DNA of 57,279 bases from a virus. Its lineage: Duplodnaviria > Caudoviricetes. The position numbers were made by a program, and so were the translations under genes. Positions 19,540 to 29,627 of this stretch are shown here, piece after piece. Position 1 is the first letter of the stretch. Each line of letters opens with the position of its first letter. The notes below the pieces were generated by a model, which saw only the letters and a list, made by a program, of their open reading frames with translations, was not told the origin of the DNA and ran no database searches. The stretch covers positions 1 through 57,279 of IMG/VR virus record IMGVR_UViG_3300009154_000068; one strand, 5' to 3'.

Positions 19540-19999
19540 TAAATTAACAGTCAAAAGCGAAACTGCGGCATTGGATCGTAAAGACCGAGCATTTTATGAC
19601 GACCTAACTGAAGAAGAAAGAAAAAAATTCAGTCCCTATCTAATGTTAAGGTATAGTGCAAGTGTGGATGGGCCCAGTGATCTTCAAGAGTGGTACTTGC
19701 GTGCCACAAATGAAAGAGTGAATGTTAACTTTTTTGATATAAGTACAAGTCAACATAAAAAGTTACAGTGGTTAATGTGTACTACAGTAAGTCCAGACAT
19801 GGGCAATCAACGTCATTATTGGATCACCACAAAAAAGAAAAACAGTGACAATAAGACTATTAAGTTTTTATCTTCCATTTTTCCAGAGTTGCGCAATGAT
19901 GAGCTTGAGCTTTTATCAAAAATAAACTCCAAAGAAGAAATCAAACAATTAGCAAAACAGCATGGATACGACGATAAACGAATCAAAACAGATCTCTGA
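19532..19999 (+). CDS. Hypothetical, possibly clamp-loader small subunit (gp62-like)
   Basis: KKFSPY..R, N, H.KLQW, HYW pattern; replication context. Confidence 0.4.
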   Translation: MSDKLTVKSETAALDRKDRAFYDDLTEEERKKFSPYLMLRYSASVDGPSDLQEWYLRATNERVNVNFFDISTSQHKKLQWLMCTTVSPDMGNQRHYWITTKKKNSDNKTIKFLSSIFPELRNDELELLSKINSKEEIKQLAKQHGYDDKRIKTDL

Positions 20000-20693
20000 T
20001 ACTGTCAAATTATCACATACCTGCAAGTACTGTGCGAAAACGTATAGCCGCGAAAGTGTATTGGCAGCACATCTTTGTGAGAAGAAACGCAGATGGCAGC
20101 AGGAGAATGAAGTTGGTGTCCGATTAGGACTGACCAGTTATTTAAGATTTTATGAATTGACTCAGGGTAGCGCAAAATTAAAAACCTATGAGGATTTTGT
20201 CAATAGTCCTTATTATAATGCCTTTGTTAAGTTTGGTAGGCATTTAGTTTCTATTAGAGCAATCAATATCAGCAGTTTTACTGATTGGTTATTGAGTAAC
20301 AATAAAAAGTTAGATCATTGGTGCAAGGATAGTTTATATTCTGAATGGTTATCAGGGTATATCAAAAGAGAGTCAGTGCAAGATGCTATGGAGAGGGCCT
20401 TAAGGGAAATGCAGGATTATGCAGAACTTCATCCAGAACTTAAGAATGGTTTTAACGATTATTTTAGGTACGGTAATAGCAATCGTATTTGTCAACATAT
20501 ATCAACAGGGCGTATTAGCCCTTGGGTCGTGTATAATTGTGATACTGGAATTGCGTTTCTTGATAGCCTCACTGAGGATCAAATTGAAATAATTATGCCT
20601 TGGTTAGAACCTGATATTTGGCAGCGCAAGTTTAAAGACTATATGGGCGATACAGAGTGGGCCAAACACATTCTTAACCAAGCTGGATTATGA
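19962..20693 (+). CDS. Zinc-finger-containing protein
   Basis: CKYC-x12-HLC near the N-terminus; GRISPW. Confidence 0.65.
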   Translation: MDTTINESKQISDTVKLSHTCKYCAKTYSRESVLAAHLCEKKRRWQQENEVGVRLGLTSYLRFYELTQGSAKLKTYEDFVNSPYYNAFVKFGRHLVSIRAINISSFTDWLLSNNKKLDHWCKDSLYSEWLSGYIKRESVQDAMERALREMQDYAELHPELKNGFNDYFRYGNSNRICQHISTGRISPWVVYNCDTGIAFLDSLTEDQIEIIMPWLEPDIWQRKFKDYMGDTEWAKHILNQAGL

Positions 20694-20947
20694 CCGATAT
20701 AGTGGAATTAAAAGTCTATGAATTTAGAGTTGGTGATGTTGATGATCCTGAAATTTATGCAGCAAGTCCACTTTGGGAATGGGAAAGAACGGAACAAGGT
20801 ATGTGGGTAATGGAGAATGCTGTAGAATCTCCTGTCTATTATAGAGATGTAGATCCCGCTTCTTTCGGTCATAAATTTTCAATCATGGCCAGGCTCAAAG
20901 CACAAGATGCTGTATTTTTTAAATTAAAGTGGGGAAAGTTTACATGA
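20690..20947 (+). CDS. Hypothetical protein
   Basis: GDVDDPEIYAA...FFKLKW; ATGA overlaps on both sides. Confidence 0.7.
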   Translation: MTDIVELKVYEFRVGDVDDPEIYAASPLWEWERTEQGMWVMENAVESPVYYRDVDPASFGHKFSIMARLKAQDAVFFKLKWGKFT

Positions 20948-21534
20948 AGTTTAACAGTGATATTGATATTGATATGGCTAATCGTGATCTAGCATTAGCG
21001 GTATTGGATCATACTCCAGCCAGCATTTTGCGTGATAGTAAATTAGTTAAACATAATACAGGTATACATGTAACTGATATACCTGTGGATCCAGAATTGG
21101 GAATATCGGCAATTGAATATAAATCGGCTCAGGACAGGGGATATATCAAATTAGATTTATTAAATGTCAGTGTTTATCAACAAATATCAAGTGAGGCAGA
21201 ATTGGATCATTTAATGACTCAAGAGCCTGAATGGGAGAGATTATATGATCCTGAATTTTGTCGACAAGTTATACACATAGGCGGACACTATGAAACGTTG
21301 ATCAAAATGCCCGAAGCAGTTAACAGTATACCTAGACTAGCCATGTTTTTAGCTGTTATTCGACCTGCCAAACGGCACTTAATTGGGTTACCTTGGAAAG
21401 AGGTTGCTAAGACTATATGGGAAAAAGATATTAACGGCGAATATGGGTATAAACAAAGTCACGGGGTGGCTTATGCACATTTAGTCGCTGTGCATATGAA
21501 TTTATTAACTAAACGACTCTACGAACCAAAGTAA
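20944..21534 (+). CDS. DnaE (Pol III alpha)-like catalytic fragment
   Basis: SDIDID, KHNTG, GYIKLDLL, LAVIRP, YGYKQSHGVAYA match DnaE PDxDxD, HAxG, KxDxL, LxRPG, FNKSHxxAY in order. Confidence 0.82.
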   Translation: MKFNSDIDIDMANRDLALAVLDHTPASILRDSKLVKHNTGIHVTDIPVDPELGISAIEYKSAQDRGYIKLDLLNVSVYQQISSEAELDHLMTQEPEWERLYDPEFCRQVIHIGGHYETLIKMPEAVNSIPRLAMFLAVIRPAKRHLIGLPWKEVAKTIWEKDINGEYGYKQSHGVAYAHLVAVHMNLLTKRLYEPK

Positions 21535-21886
21535 TACTTCTTCTTTTGCTACGTTTACTGGACATTTCTTTAAGACTAACATATGGCCCATAGACTATTT
21601 TCACATCTTTGCTATTCATTGTTCTAAGGCAAAATCTAAATTGTGCCCAGTCCTGTTTTAAAAACAAATTTATTGGGATTTGTCTATGACTTTCCCACCA
21701 CCATTGATCTCCTAATTCTAAATAAATTTGTTTTTGGGTTTTATCTTTCAATAAGCCAAAATCATAGATAGTGGTAATAACATCGTCCACATTTTGAACA
21801 ATACATATATATTCATTCCCCCCATATATTAAATATGTTAGAAACGGGTGTGCATCTAGTATTTTTTGTATTTCTAAATCGATCAT
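21509..21886 (-). CDS. Hypothetical protein
   Basis: 125 aa; WWWESHRQIPINLFL; basic C-terminus. Confidence 0.7.
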   Translation of the reverse strand: MIDLEIQKILDAHPFLTYLIYGGNEYICIVQNVDDVITTIYDFGLLKDKTQKQIYLELGDQWWWESHRQIPINLFLKQDWAQFRFCLRTMNSKDVKIVYGPYVSLKEMSSKRSKRRSITLVRRVV

Positions 21887-21927
21887 ATCGCCTAAAGATA
21901 TTTGCAGGATCTGATTGACGTTTTTGA

Positions 21928-21935
21928 TATAAATA
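21928..21935 (+). promoter_or_regulatory. T4-type late promoter
   Basis: TATAAATA at the head of the tail-gene cluster. Confidence 0.7.
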
Positions 21936-21952
21936 TACTAAAGGTGTCAACG

Positions 21953-22477
21953 ATGATCGCAGTTCAAAGTTATTTATACGATAACGTTGTGCAGGTCCAA
22001 ATTTTGGATACTGCAATTTTTAAGACTAGGAATAGAGTAGTGTATAACCGCACAATTAAAATTTATCAAGGTATAGACAATACTATTTTAGTTCAAGTAA
22101 AAAATCAGGATCAAAAATCTGCCAATCTTGTGGGAAGATCAGTTTTAGTAGATTTATTAGATCCAACAAATGATTTTTTACTTGTCAGTTATCCCTTGAC
22201 CTGGGTTGACGATTCCAAAGGAACGGGGTCTTTTATAATTAATAAGTCAGAAGTAAATATGTTGGATCAAAGATATTATAAGATTACTCTTAAATTGGTT
22301 GACAATGATTCAGGTAATGAGAGACCTTTATATTCAGATGATAATTATAGTATTGGGATAGATGTGCAAGTGCTTCCGGGTTATCAATCTAACAATTCCA
22401 GTGTTCTTTCTCTTGATGGTGGGAATGCAGGAAATACATATACAATTGCACCACCGTTTAACGGCGGGGGAGCTTAA
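21953..22477 (+). CDS. Virion structural protein (tail/baseplate-associated)
   Basis: Late promoter; beta-rich IYQGIDN...KNQDQK; C-terminal LDGGNA; start moved to the ATG at 21953. Confidence 0.55.
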   Translation: MIAVQSYLYDNVVQVQILDTAIFKTRNRVVYNRTIKIYQGIDNTILVQVKNQDQKSANLVGRSVLVDLLDPTNDFLLVSYPLTWVDDSKGTGSFIINKSEVNMLDQRYYKITLKLVDNDSGNERPLYSDDNYSIGIDVQVLPGYQSNNSSVLSLDGGNAGNTYTIAPPFNGGGA

Positions 22478-22479
22478 AA

Positions 22480-22905
22480 ATGCCACAAACAATTCAGTTA
22501 AGAAGAGATACGGTAGCCAATTGGTTATTAATTAATCCAATTTTAAATCAGGGCGAGCCAGGATTTGAGATTGATACTGGCAAAATGAAAATTGGTGATG
22601 GAATAAATAAATGGAAAAATTTAAATTATACCGGTAGTACTGGATTTACTGGTAGTCATGGGTTAACTGGGTCGCCAGGCCCACAGGGAGCGATTGGGCC
22701 AATCGGACCATCAGGGGCGTCTGGCTCATCAATCCTTGGAGCTGTTGGTCCTCGTGGTTATACTGGTAGTGCTAGTAGTGCAAATGCAACATATTCTCCA
22801 GCAAATCCCAGTCATTGGGCTGATCCAGCTCCGACTACTGTATTGGCGGCAATTGATAGAATTGCAGCACAATTATATGCAAGATCTTCACAAGCAATAC
22901 CATAA
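22480..22905 (+). CDS. Fibre protein: Mtd-N-like domain plus collagen-like repeats
   Basis: IQLRRDT.ANW...NPIL.QGEPGFE.DTGK.KIGDG; GxY repeats. Confidence 0.8.
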   Translation: MPQTIQLRRDTVANWLLINPILNQGEPGFEIDTGKMKIGDGINKWKNLNYTGSTGFTGSHGLTGSPGPQGAIGPIGPSGASGSSILGAVGPRGYTGSASSANATYSPANPSHWADPAPTTVLAAIDRIAAQLYARSSQAIP

Positions 22906-22986
22906 TCTATAAAATAACTCATTGATATTTTGGAAAACACCACATTTTAAATAATAAATAATATAATATAATTCGAGGAATATACA

Positions 22987-24828
22987 ATGCCCTACAATTT
23001 AGTATTGTCTAATGGCGACGCGTTGGTTACTTTGGCCGACGGTGTGGCTGATAACAGTTACACCAGTTTAACCTTATTTGGTAAGAATTTTGCCGGCTAC
23101 GGGCAATTTTTAAATGAAAACTTTGTTCGTCTATTAGAACATTTTTGCAGTTCTGTGCCACCATTTAACCCTGTAGTTGGTCAACTTTGGTATGATTCAC
23201 TCAATCATAATATGAAGGTATTCAATACCAATAGTGTTTGGACATCATTATCTGGAATAACTGCATCCAATGTGCCACCAGCAGGGCCCAATAATGGTGA
23301 TGGGTGGTGGGATGTAGTAAATGAACAACTTTTTGTTTGGGGCAGTTCACAATGGATACTATTAGGTCCAAAATGGAATTCGATTCAAGGAAAATCCGAA
23401 GCAGAGGCATATACGGCCATTGATGTTGACGGTGGTGGTCATACATTATTATTATTCTATATTAATAATACTGTTGTTGGTATATGGAATAATGACGGTG
23501 AATTTGTAGTACCCCCAGAGGAGGCCATAGGATCTTTTGTAACTATTCCTCATGGTCTTAGTTTTGATACTTTAAATGTTGAATCTATTTTTGTTTCTGG
23601 TGATCAGGATATTCAAGGATCTCTTGTGGTGCATGGTAATATTACTGGTGACCTTTTTGGAAATACCACCGGGATACATTATGGTAATATTATAGGAGAA
23701 ACTGGTACATTTACTTCATTAACTTCGGGTAGAATGGTATTTGCTGGAAATAATGGGCTGTTGGTAGATGATGGAGATTTGAGATACAACAATGTTAGTA
23801 ATACGGTTCTTGGTCGTTCTATTCAGTTATCTGTTGGATTAACTACTCCATCGGCCAATGTAACAACTTTGACAAAAGATAGGATTACATTTTGTGGTGA
23901 AGATGGCGCATTAATTGATAGTGCTAATTTAACATTTATATCAAGCACCGGCACATTGAATGTGTCGTCTAGAGTAAACACCATAACAGTAAAATCATCA
24001 AGTTTGACAAAAGATAGAATCACATTTGCTGGTGATAATGGTTTATTGGTTGACAGTCAAGGATTAACATTTCAGTCCGGAGTCCTTAGATCGACATCTG
24101 GTTTTGCGGGTAGTTTGACTGGTGATGTTACTGGCAATACTACTGGTACACATAATGGACCATCTAATGGTACACATACCGGACCATCTAATGGTACACA
24201 TACCGGACCAGTAACTGGGGATGTTACTGGTAATCTTACTGGTAATGTTACTGGCAATACCACTGGGCGACATACTGGCTATGTTTGCATACCAGAATCG
24301 CCGATGACGAATAACGCCAGCACAGGACTTTATTTTCAAAATCATACAAAAACTGGGTTATTATGGACGGATGCACTTTATATACGGACTGAAAATAAAG
24401 CCCTAGTGATATTTGAAGATACAGGTGTTGGCTTTGGTCAAAACGTCTATATGACAGAGTCTCTGGGTGTTAATGGAGTCATTAACTGCAAAGGGGACAT
24501 TTTTGCATTTGTGACATCAGACCGGAATCTCAAAACAAATATTCAGCCAATTGAAAATGCTTTATCAAAAGTGAAGAAAATCACAGGGGTTTGCTATGAT
24601 TGGACTGATGATGCCCTCAAAAAGTTGGGCGGTGAAACTGGAAATTTTATTCGAAGAAGAGATACTGGTGTTATTGCTCAAGAAGTTGAGTCAGTATTAC
24701 CAGAAGTTGTTACAACTCGATTAGACGGATCAAAAGCAGTCAAGTATGACAAAATGGTAGGGTTACTTATTGAGGCAATAAAGGAATTGTCAGAAGAAGT
24801 CGAGCAACTTAAAAATAATAAGCAATAA
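22987..24828 (+). CDS. Tail fibre with C-terminal intramolecular chaperone (peptidase S74-like)
   Basis: GKN.AGYG...NENF..LLE.F N-terminus; GNTTG repeats; SDRNLKTNI...GVIAQEVE...V.YD.....LIEAIKEL. Confidence 0.88.
   Translation: MPYNLVLSNGDALVTLADGVADNSYTSLTLFGKNFAGYGQFLNENFVRLLEHFCSSVPPFNPVVGQLWYDSLNHNMKVFNTNSVWTSLSGITASNVPPAGPNNGDGWWDVVNEQLFVWGSSQWILLGPKWNSIQGKSEAEAYTAIDVDGGGHTLLLFYINNTVVGIWNNDGEFVVPPEEAIGSFVTIPHGLSFDTLNVESIFVSGDQDIQGSLVVHGNITGDLFGNTTGIHYGNIIGETGTFTSLTSGRMVFAGNNGLLVDDGDLRYNNVSNTVLGRSIQLSVGLTTPSANVTTLTKDRITFCGEDGALIDSANLTFISSTGTLNVSSRVNTITVKSSSLTKDRITFAGDNGLLVDSQGLTFQSGVLRSTSGFAGSLTGDVTGNTTGTHNGPSNGTHTGPSNGTHTGPVTGDVTGNLTGNVTGNTTGRHTGYVCIPESPMTNNASTGLYFQNHTKTGLLWTDALYIRTENKALVIFEDTGVGFGQNVYMTESLGVNGVINCKGDIFAFVTSDRNLKTNIQPIENALSKVKKITGVCYDWTDDALKKLGGETGNFIRRRDTGVIAQEVESVLPEVVTTRLDGSKAVKYDKMVGLLIEAIKELSEEVEQLKNNKQ
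24145..24210 (+). repeat. 24-bp tandem repeat (GTHxGPSN), about 2.75 copies
   Basis: ggtacacat(aat/acc)ggaccatctaat repeated in frame. Confidence 0.9.
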
Positions 24829-24847
24829 ATCATCAATCAAAAATACA

Positions 24848-25696
24848 ATGTCATACTCTATACCACTATCGGATAAAAGTGTTTTAACAACAGTTCAAGA
24901 TGGCACTTTTAATAATGAATACTCTAATATAAATTTAGTTGGTAAAAATTTTGTTGGGTATGGGAAGTTAATGAATGAAAATTTTGTTCATCTCTTAGAG
25001 AATTTTTCTAATATTGATCCGCCAACAAACCCATTGGTGGGGCAACTTTGGTATGATTCTGGTAAAAAAGTTTTAAAAATATTCACTCATGACCATTCTT
25101 GGTTAGATCTTGCGTATTCCCAGGTTGGCATTAGTAAGCCAGTTAATCCAAAAATTGGTGATCAATGGTGGAATCAGAAAACTAACCAACTCAATATTTG
25201 GACTGGAAAAGATTGGCTAATTATTGGTCCTTATTGGACTTATTCCCAGGGTCTGACTGGTTCTGTGGCCGAAACTGTTCTGGATAAAGGTGGGGCGTCT
25301 CATGTAGTTATGAAATTCTACATAGGAAAAACTTTTGTTGGATTGTGGAGCAAGGATAAAACGTTTACTTTAGCTGATGAGTTTATATTTCCAGGAATGT
25401 CTGCGACTATTTCTCCAGGGCTAACTTTTGCACTCATAGGAACAACAAAACAAAATATATTTGGAGCCCAAGGTGTGGGCGGTGGTGGTGGCACTAATGA
25501 ATATATTCCTACTATCGAAAGTAACTGGATTGGAAAACCTACAATAAATACTGTACAGACAGCATTAGACGAATTATCGTCTAGATTAAAACCTTTAGAA
25601 ATTCATGAAATAGATGGTGGTAACAGTTCTTCAAATTTTGAAACTTATGAAGTAGACGGTGGAAATGCCTTTGGTGATGTGGAAATTGAAGTTTGA
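24848..25696 (+). CDS. Tail fibre-associated protein, paralog of the N-terminus of 22987..24828
   Basis: GKNFVGYGKLMNENFVHLLENF...NPLVGQLWYDS; two DGGN motifs at the C-terminus. Confidence 0.8.
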   Translation: MSYSIPLSDKSVLTTVQDGTFNNEYSNINLVGKNFVGYGKLMNENFVHLLENFSNIDPPTNPLVGQLWYDSGKKVLKIFTHDHSWLDLAYSQVGISKPVNPKIGDQWWNQKTNQLNIWTGKDWLIIGPYWTYSQGLTGSVAETVLDKGGASHVVMKFYIGKTFVGLWSKDKTFTLADEFIFPGMSATISPGLTFALIGTTKQNIFGAQGVGGGGGTNEYIPTIESNWIGKPTINTVQTALDELSSRLKPLEIHEIDGGNSSSNFETYEVDGGNAFGDVEIEV

Positions 25697-25722
25697 AGAT
25701 ACGTAAAAACGGAGAATAATAA

Positions 25723-26814
25723 GTGGCAAAAATCAAATTTAGAAGAGATGCGGCGGCAACTTGGACTGACGCCAACCCTGTATTGGCTCAAGGTGAGCCT
25801 GGTTTTGAATATAATACAGGCAAATTAAAAATTGGTGATGGGGTAAATCCTTGGAATTCGTTAAACTATGTTTCTGGCGGTGCCAGCGGCGGGTCATACA
25901 TATTACCAATGGCTACGCCTAATGCACTTGGTGGTGTTAGGGTTGATGGTACAACAATTTTAATTAATAGCAGTGGAATTATTCGAACTGCTGCTGGGTC
26001 ATACATATTACCAACAGCTTCCCCTAGTACATTAGGCGGGGTTAGAGTTGATGGTACAACAATTTTAATTAATAGCAATGGGGTTATTAGTGCTGTGGGC
26101 GGTGGCGCCGGTGGTATTGGGGTCAGTGGAAACACCACCAATTCAGTTACATTTAATAATAGTGGAAATGGGGCATTTTCTGGAACAACATTCAATGGTA
26201 GTTCTGCAATTGTAGTTTCCTATAATAGTGTTGGTGCTCCTAGCGTCACGGGTGCTGGATCCTCGGGAATCTGGCCTATTTCAGTAACTGGCACTGCTAC
26301 CAATCTACAAGGTAACCCAAATATTGTAGTTAGTAGCATAGCAGTTGGATCCACAACCAATTCAATTACCAGTGAAGGAAGCAATATCTATTTTGGCAAT
26401 AAAACTGTTGTTGTCGTTCCGTCTGTTGGTTTTTCTCCGGTAGTGGATAATGCATATGTACTTGGAGGACCAAGTCAGAGATGGGCTGGTATATATGCTG
26501 CATCAGGCTCAATTCAAACTTCTGACTCGCGACTTAAAGAACAGGGTCGATCATTAAATGATGCTGAAAAAGCTGTTGCTATTAAAATTAAAAGTTTAAT
26601 CAAAGCGTTTAAATTTAAAGATTCAGTGTCAAAAAAAGGAAACCAAGCCCGAATACATATCGGGGTATATGCTCAAGAAATAAAACAAGCATTTGAATCA
26701 GAGGGACTAGTCGCCCAAGATTATGGAATGTTTTGCTATGATGAGTATGAAAATGGTGATACTTATGGTATTAGGTATGAGGAATTGCTGGCCTTTGTAA
26801 TATCAGCAATCTAG
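25723..26814 (+). CDS. Fibre/spike: Mtd-N-like domain plus S74-like chaperone
   Basis: IKFRRDAAATW...GEPGFE...KIGDG; TSDSRLK...HIGVYAQ...GIRYEELL; GGAG SD, GTG start. Confidence 0.85.
   Translation: MAKIKFRRDAAATWTDANPVLAQGEPGFEYNTGKLKIGDGVNPWNSLNYVSGGASGGSYILPMATPNALGGVRVDGTTILINSSGIIRTAAGSYILPTASPSTLGGVRVDGTTILINSNGVISAVGGGAGGIGVSGNTTNSVTFNNSGNGAFSGTTFNGSSAIVVSYNSVGAPSVTGAGSSGIWPISVTGTATNLQGNPNIVVSSIAVGSTTNSITSEGSNIYFGNKTVVVVPSVGFSPVVDNAYVLGGPSQRWAGIYAASGSIQTSDSRLKEQGRSLNDAEKAVAIKIKSLIKAFKFKDSVSKKGNQARIHIGVYAQEIKQAFESEGLVAQDYGMFCYDEYENGDTYGIRYEELLAFVISAI
25891..26082 (+). repeat. Internal duplication with 105-bp period
   Basis: GSYILP.A.P..LGGVRVDGTTILINS twice, starting at 25891 and 25996, with long identical DNA tracts. 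Confidence 0.9.
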
Positions 26815-26856
26815 ACTAGATTAATCTCTAATAATTATATTTTTGAATTAATAAAA

Positions 26857-27582
26857 TTATTGTCCTGTTGATACTGAAGCATCGTATTCATCAATAAAAG
26901 ATTGAAACCAACCTGTTACAAATCTATATTTTTCAGGATCATTGAAATATGAAAGGGCCACGGGAACTGATGCTTCCACTCTCTTTTTCCCAGTCGACGG
27001 TGTGCCGCCAGGAAGTATAGCTAAAGGTATGTTTGTTGATATATATGCCGTCAGGCCAATGGCACCTTCTTCCAAATCAGCTAATACAGCATCATCAACG
27101 ATGTAGTGGGCAGAAAAACTAATAATTCTTGGAATATCGTTCTTTATAGAATCAGTCAATAATACTAAGTTTGGGTCCCAATCACTGACTGGAATCGGGT
27201 CTAATACATATCCCCCATGTAATACCGAAATATCCCAATCATACATAAATATCACTGTATCTTGAGGCCGATCATTGAAAAAGAAGGATGAGAGTATTAT
27301 TGAATATCCCAAAATAGTTTGTTCTGGTATTATGGTTGTTTTGAATTTTGACCAGAACTCTTTTGGCCACAAAATTTGTATAGTCTTATCTATGTTATTA
27401 AATCTCAAATCAAATTCAAAGAGAGTGGGGGTCTCCGAATATGTTCTTATGTTTGATGCTATTTGTAAAAGTTGTACATCGGTTGGATCAGAAACTGTTA
27501 CCTTGATCACTTCGGGAACTTGATTAAATACATCAAGTAATGCGTCTAATTCGGCACTTGTTTCTTTGTTTTTGATAATCAT
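26857..27582 (-). CDS. Hypothetical protein, third gene of the radical SAM operon
   Basis: TAATG-coupled to the radical SAM gene. Confidence 0.7.
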   Translation of the reverse strand: MIIKNKETSAELDALLDVFNQVPEVIKVTVSDPTDVQLLQIASNIRTYSETPTLFEFDLRFNNIDKTIQILWPKEFWSKFKTTIIPEQTILGYSIILSSFFFNDRPQDTVIFMYDWDISVLHGGYVLDPIPVSDWDPNLVLLTDSIKNDIPRIISFSAHYIVDDAVLADLEEGAIGLTAYISTNIPLAILPGGTPSTGKKRVEASVPVALSYFNDPEKYRFVTGWFQSFIDEYDASVSTGQ

Positions 27583-29060
27583 TATACTTCCTGTATTGAT
27601 ATTGATTTGCTATAAACTTCCACGTCGTTTATAACCATTTCTTTTTTGTTAATTACTTTTATTGGGATAATTTTTTTCTTTTGTCTTTCCTGGTGATCAA
27701 AAATGGTTCCCCAAATATCTTGCCTATGTAATGGTAGAGTGTCTGACTTGATCAGTGTTGGAATATATCCATTGGTGAGTTTAGCAAAAGCCAATGCAAA
27801 TAATGCTATATTATTTGAATATGCATTTTCACATGACACATCCCAATAATTACCATCTAGGAACATGCATGATCCCTTGCAAAGATGTAGTACTGGGCAT
27901 TCGCTACATTTAATCTTACTGTCTCTAGACTTCCAATGTGTGACTGACTTAAATTCCACATTACCATAATCACTTAAATTCCCACCCAAATGACTTTCGC
28001 CATTTTTACTGGTTTCTAAAGCACTTACATTTTGGCAAGTGATTACATTTCCTTTTAAATCAACAGCAATAGATCCTGGATTATCCATACCACACTTCTG
28101 TCCCAAAAATTTTGATTCTAACTTTTGTGATATTACTGAGGTTGTGAATTGATTTATCTTATCATTGATACCGGTAAACCCAATATATCCATCTGACATA
28201 TATATATCCACAAAAGATTTTTGCCTAAATTTAAAATGATCCTCTAAACTAGTTAAAGAATTATTTATACCATCATCGTCATATGCATCAACCATTTCGC
28301 CCTCACCTAAGATAACTGATTTGTCTCCAGTGAGTTCAAAAAACCATTCATAAACAGCTTTTCTGCTAATATTTTTACCATTCAACATAGCATTAAAACT
28401 AATTTTATTTTTCGGCTTCATTATTTTGTAAAAATCTAAAATTATTTTTTTTCTTTTTGGATCTAGAAATGGATCTGGTCCTCTGACAGATTGATTTGGG
28501 CCATCATGACTAATAGCAACGGAGAAATCAAATTCTATCAACCAAGAACAAATTTCCTCAGTTAATAAAGATCCATTAGTGATTATCGAAAACATTGGTT
28601 TAGTTTCCCATTGTTTAAATTTTTCTGATAATCTTTCAGCCAATGGTTTCAATGTTTTCCAATATACCAATGGCTCTCCACCCCAAAACTCAATTTTTAG
28701 TCCTTTTTGTTCAGAAAATTCTAAGACATCTAATTTGGACATGAAATCATCAATATCTTTTTTACTAGTTTCTGTTGGTCTTTCAACAAATTTTTGACTA
28801 CAATATTCACAAGAATAATTACAGCCCAAACCTAGCTGTATCTTTAATAAATCAATTGATTTTGATTTTTTTAGCGGAAAATCTTTGGAAAATGGTATGG
28901 TCTCCTCTAAATTAACTGGGATATCATCAAAATAGCTTTTTAACTGATCAGAAGGCCCTAAAATTTTATCAAATTCATCACTAATGATATTAAGCTCATT
29001 GTCGTAGTAGAATGTTTTTTTGTCAGAAAAATTTTTTTCTGCCGTGATTTGAAATTTCAT
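27582..29060 (-). CDS. Radical SAM enzyme with SPASM domain
   Basis: CNYSCEYC, FWGGEPL, ITNG, ISHDG; C-terminal KCG...G.V..C...CSEC.....C.GSC...SC. Confidence 0.93.
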   Translation of the reverse strand: MKFQITAEKNFSDKKTFYYDNELNIISDEFDKILGPSDQLKSYFDDIPVNLEETIPFSKDFPLKKSKSIDLLKIQLGLGCNYSCEYCSQKFVERPTETSKKDIDDFMSKLDVLEFSEQKGLKIEFWGGEPLVYWKTLKPLAERLSEKFKQWETKPMFSIITNGSLLTEEICSWLIEFDFSVAISHDGPNQSVRGPDPFLDPKRKKIILDFYKIMKPKNKISFNAMLNGKNISRKAVYEWFFELTGDKSVILGEGEMVDAYDDDGINNSLTSLEDHFKFRQKSFVDIYMSDGYIGFTGINDKINQFTTSVISQKLESKFLGQKCGMDNPGSIAVDLKGNVITCQNVSALETSKNGESHLGGNLSDYGNVEFKSVTHWKSRDSKIKCSECPVLHLCKGSCMFLDGNYWDVSCENAYSNNIALFALAFAKLTNGYIPTLIKSDTLPLHRQDIWGTIFDHQERQKKKIIPIKVINKKEMVINDVEVYSKSISIQEV

Positions 29061-29087
29061 AATGTTTTTTGATAGTGTTTAGTTTAA

Positions 29088-29600
29088 TTAAGCTAAGGTT
29101 GCTCCAACATTCAAAATTTTCGAAGACGTCCCCGCCTCCATGTTAATTGCTGAGTCCAAGGCGTTGGCTGTTGTTACTGGATCTAATAGTCCTCCAACAC
29201 CAGTCGAATAGGCCCAATATACGGCGGCAACGACAACTATGGCGACAAAAAAATCTACTAGCACTTCCCACCATTCTTTCTTGCAGGCGCAAGCTGAACA
29301 TTGATATTGTGGCGGAGATGGACTATTACAAGCTCGTTGTAACCATGGTCTGGCGTCACAATTTGCGCAATTCGTAGTACCAGTCGCTCCACCGCAATTA
29401 CCATTATTGCAATTACCACGCATATAATTTTGATAGTAAGTCAATCCATAAAATATGGACATTGGTGCCAGCGGTTTCCCCCATATTTCGGGAAGTATTT
29501 GGTCACGTAAAAAAGCTAAATTGGTTGCTGTGCCTGGACCTATTTCGGCAGCAATTTCACTGATGGATAAAGCACCACTTCCTCTAGTTTTAATAGTCAT
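29088..29600 (-). CDS. Cys-rich protein, candidate radical SAM substrate
   Basis: 8 Cys in NCNNGNC...NCANC...C...CSACAC; N-terminus SGALSISEIAAEIG; hydrophobic segment after the Cys block. Confidence 0.75.
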   Translation of the reverse strand: MTIKTRGSGALSISEIAAEIGPGTATNLAFLRDQILPEIWGKPLAPMSIFYGLTYYQNYMRGNCNNGNCGGATGTTNCANCDARPWLQRACNSPSPPQYQCSACACKKEWWEVLVDFFVAIVVVAAVYWAYSTGVGGLLDPVTTANALDSAINMEAGTSSKILNVGATLA

Positions 29601-29627
29601 AATATCTAAGTAATAAAAATATATAAT

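Noticed and set aside
22480-26814. Diversity-generating retroelement suggested by Mtd-N-like domains
   Set aside because: No reverse transcriptase in the window, and no template/variable repeat pair differing only at adenines; the 105-bp duplication differs at mixed bases and is mid-gene.
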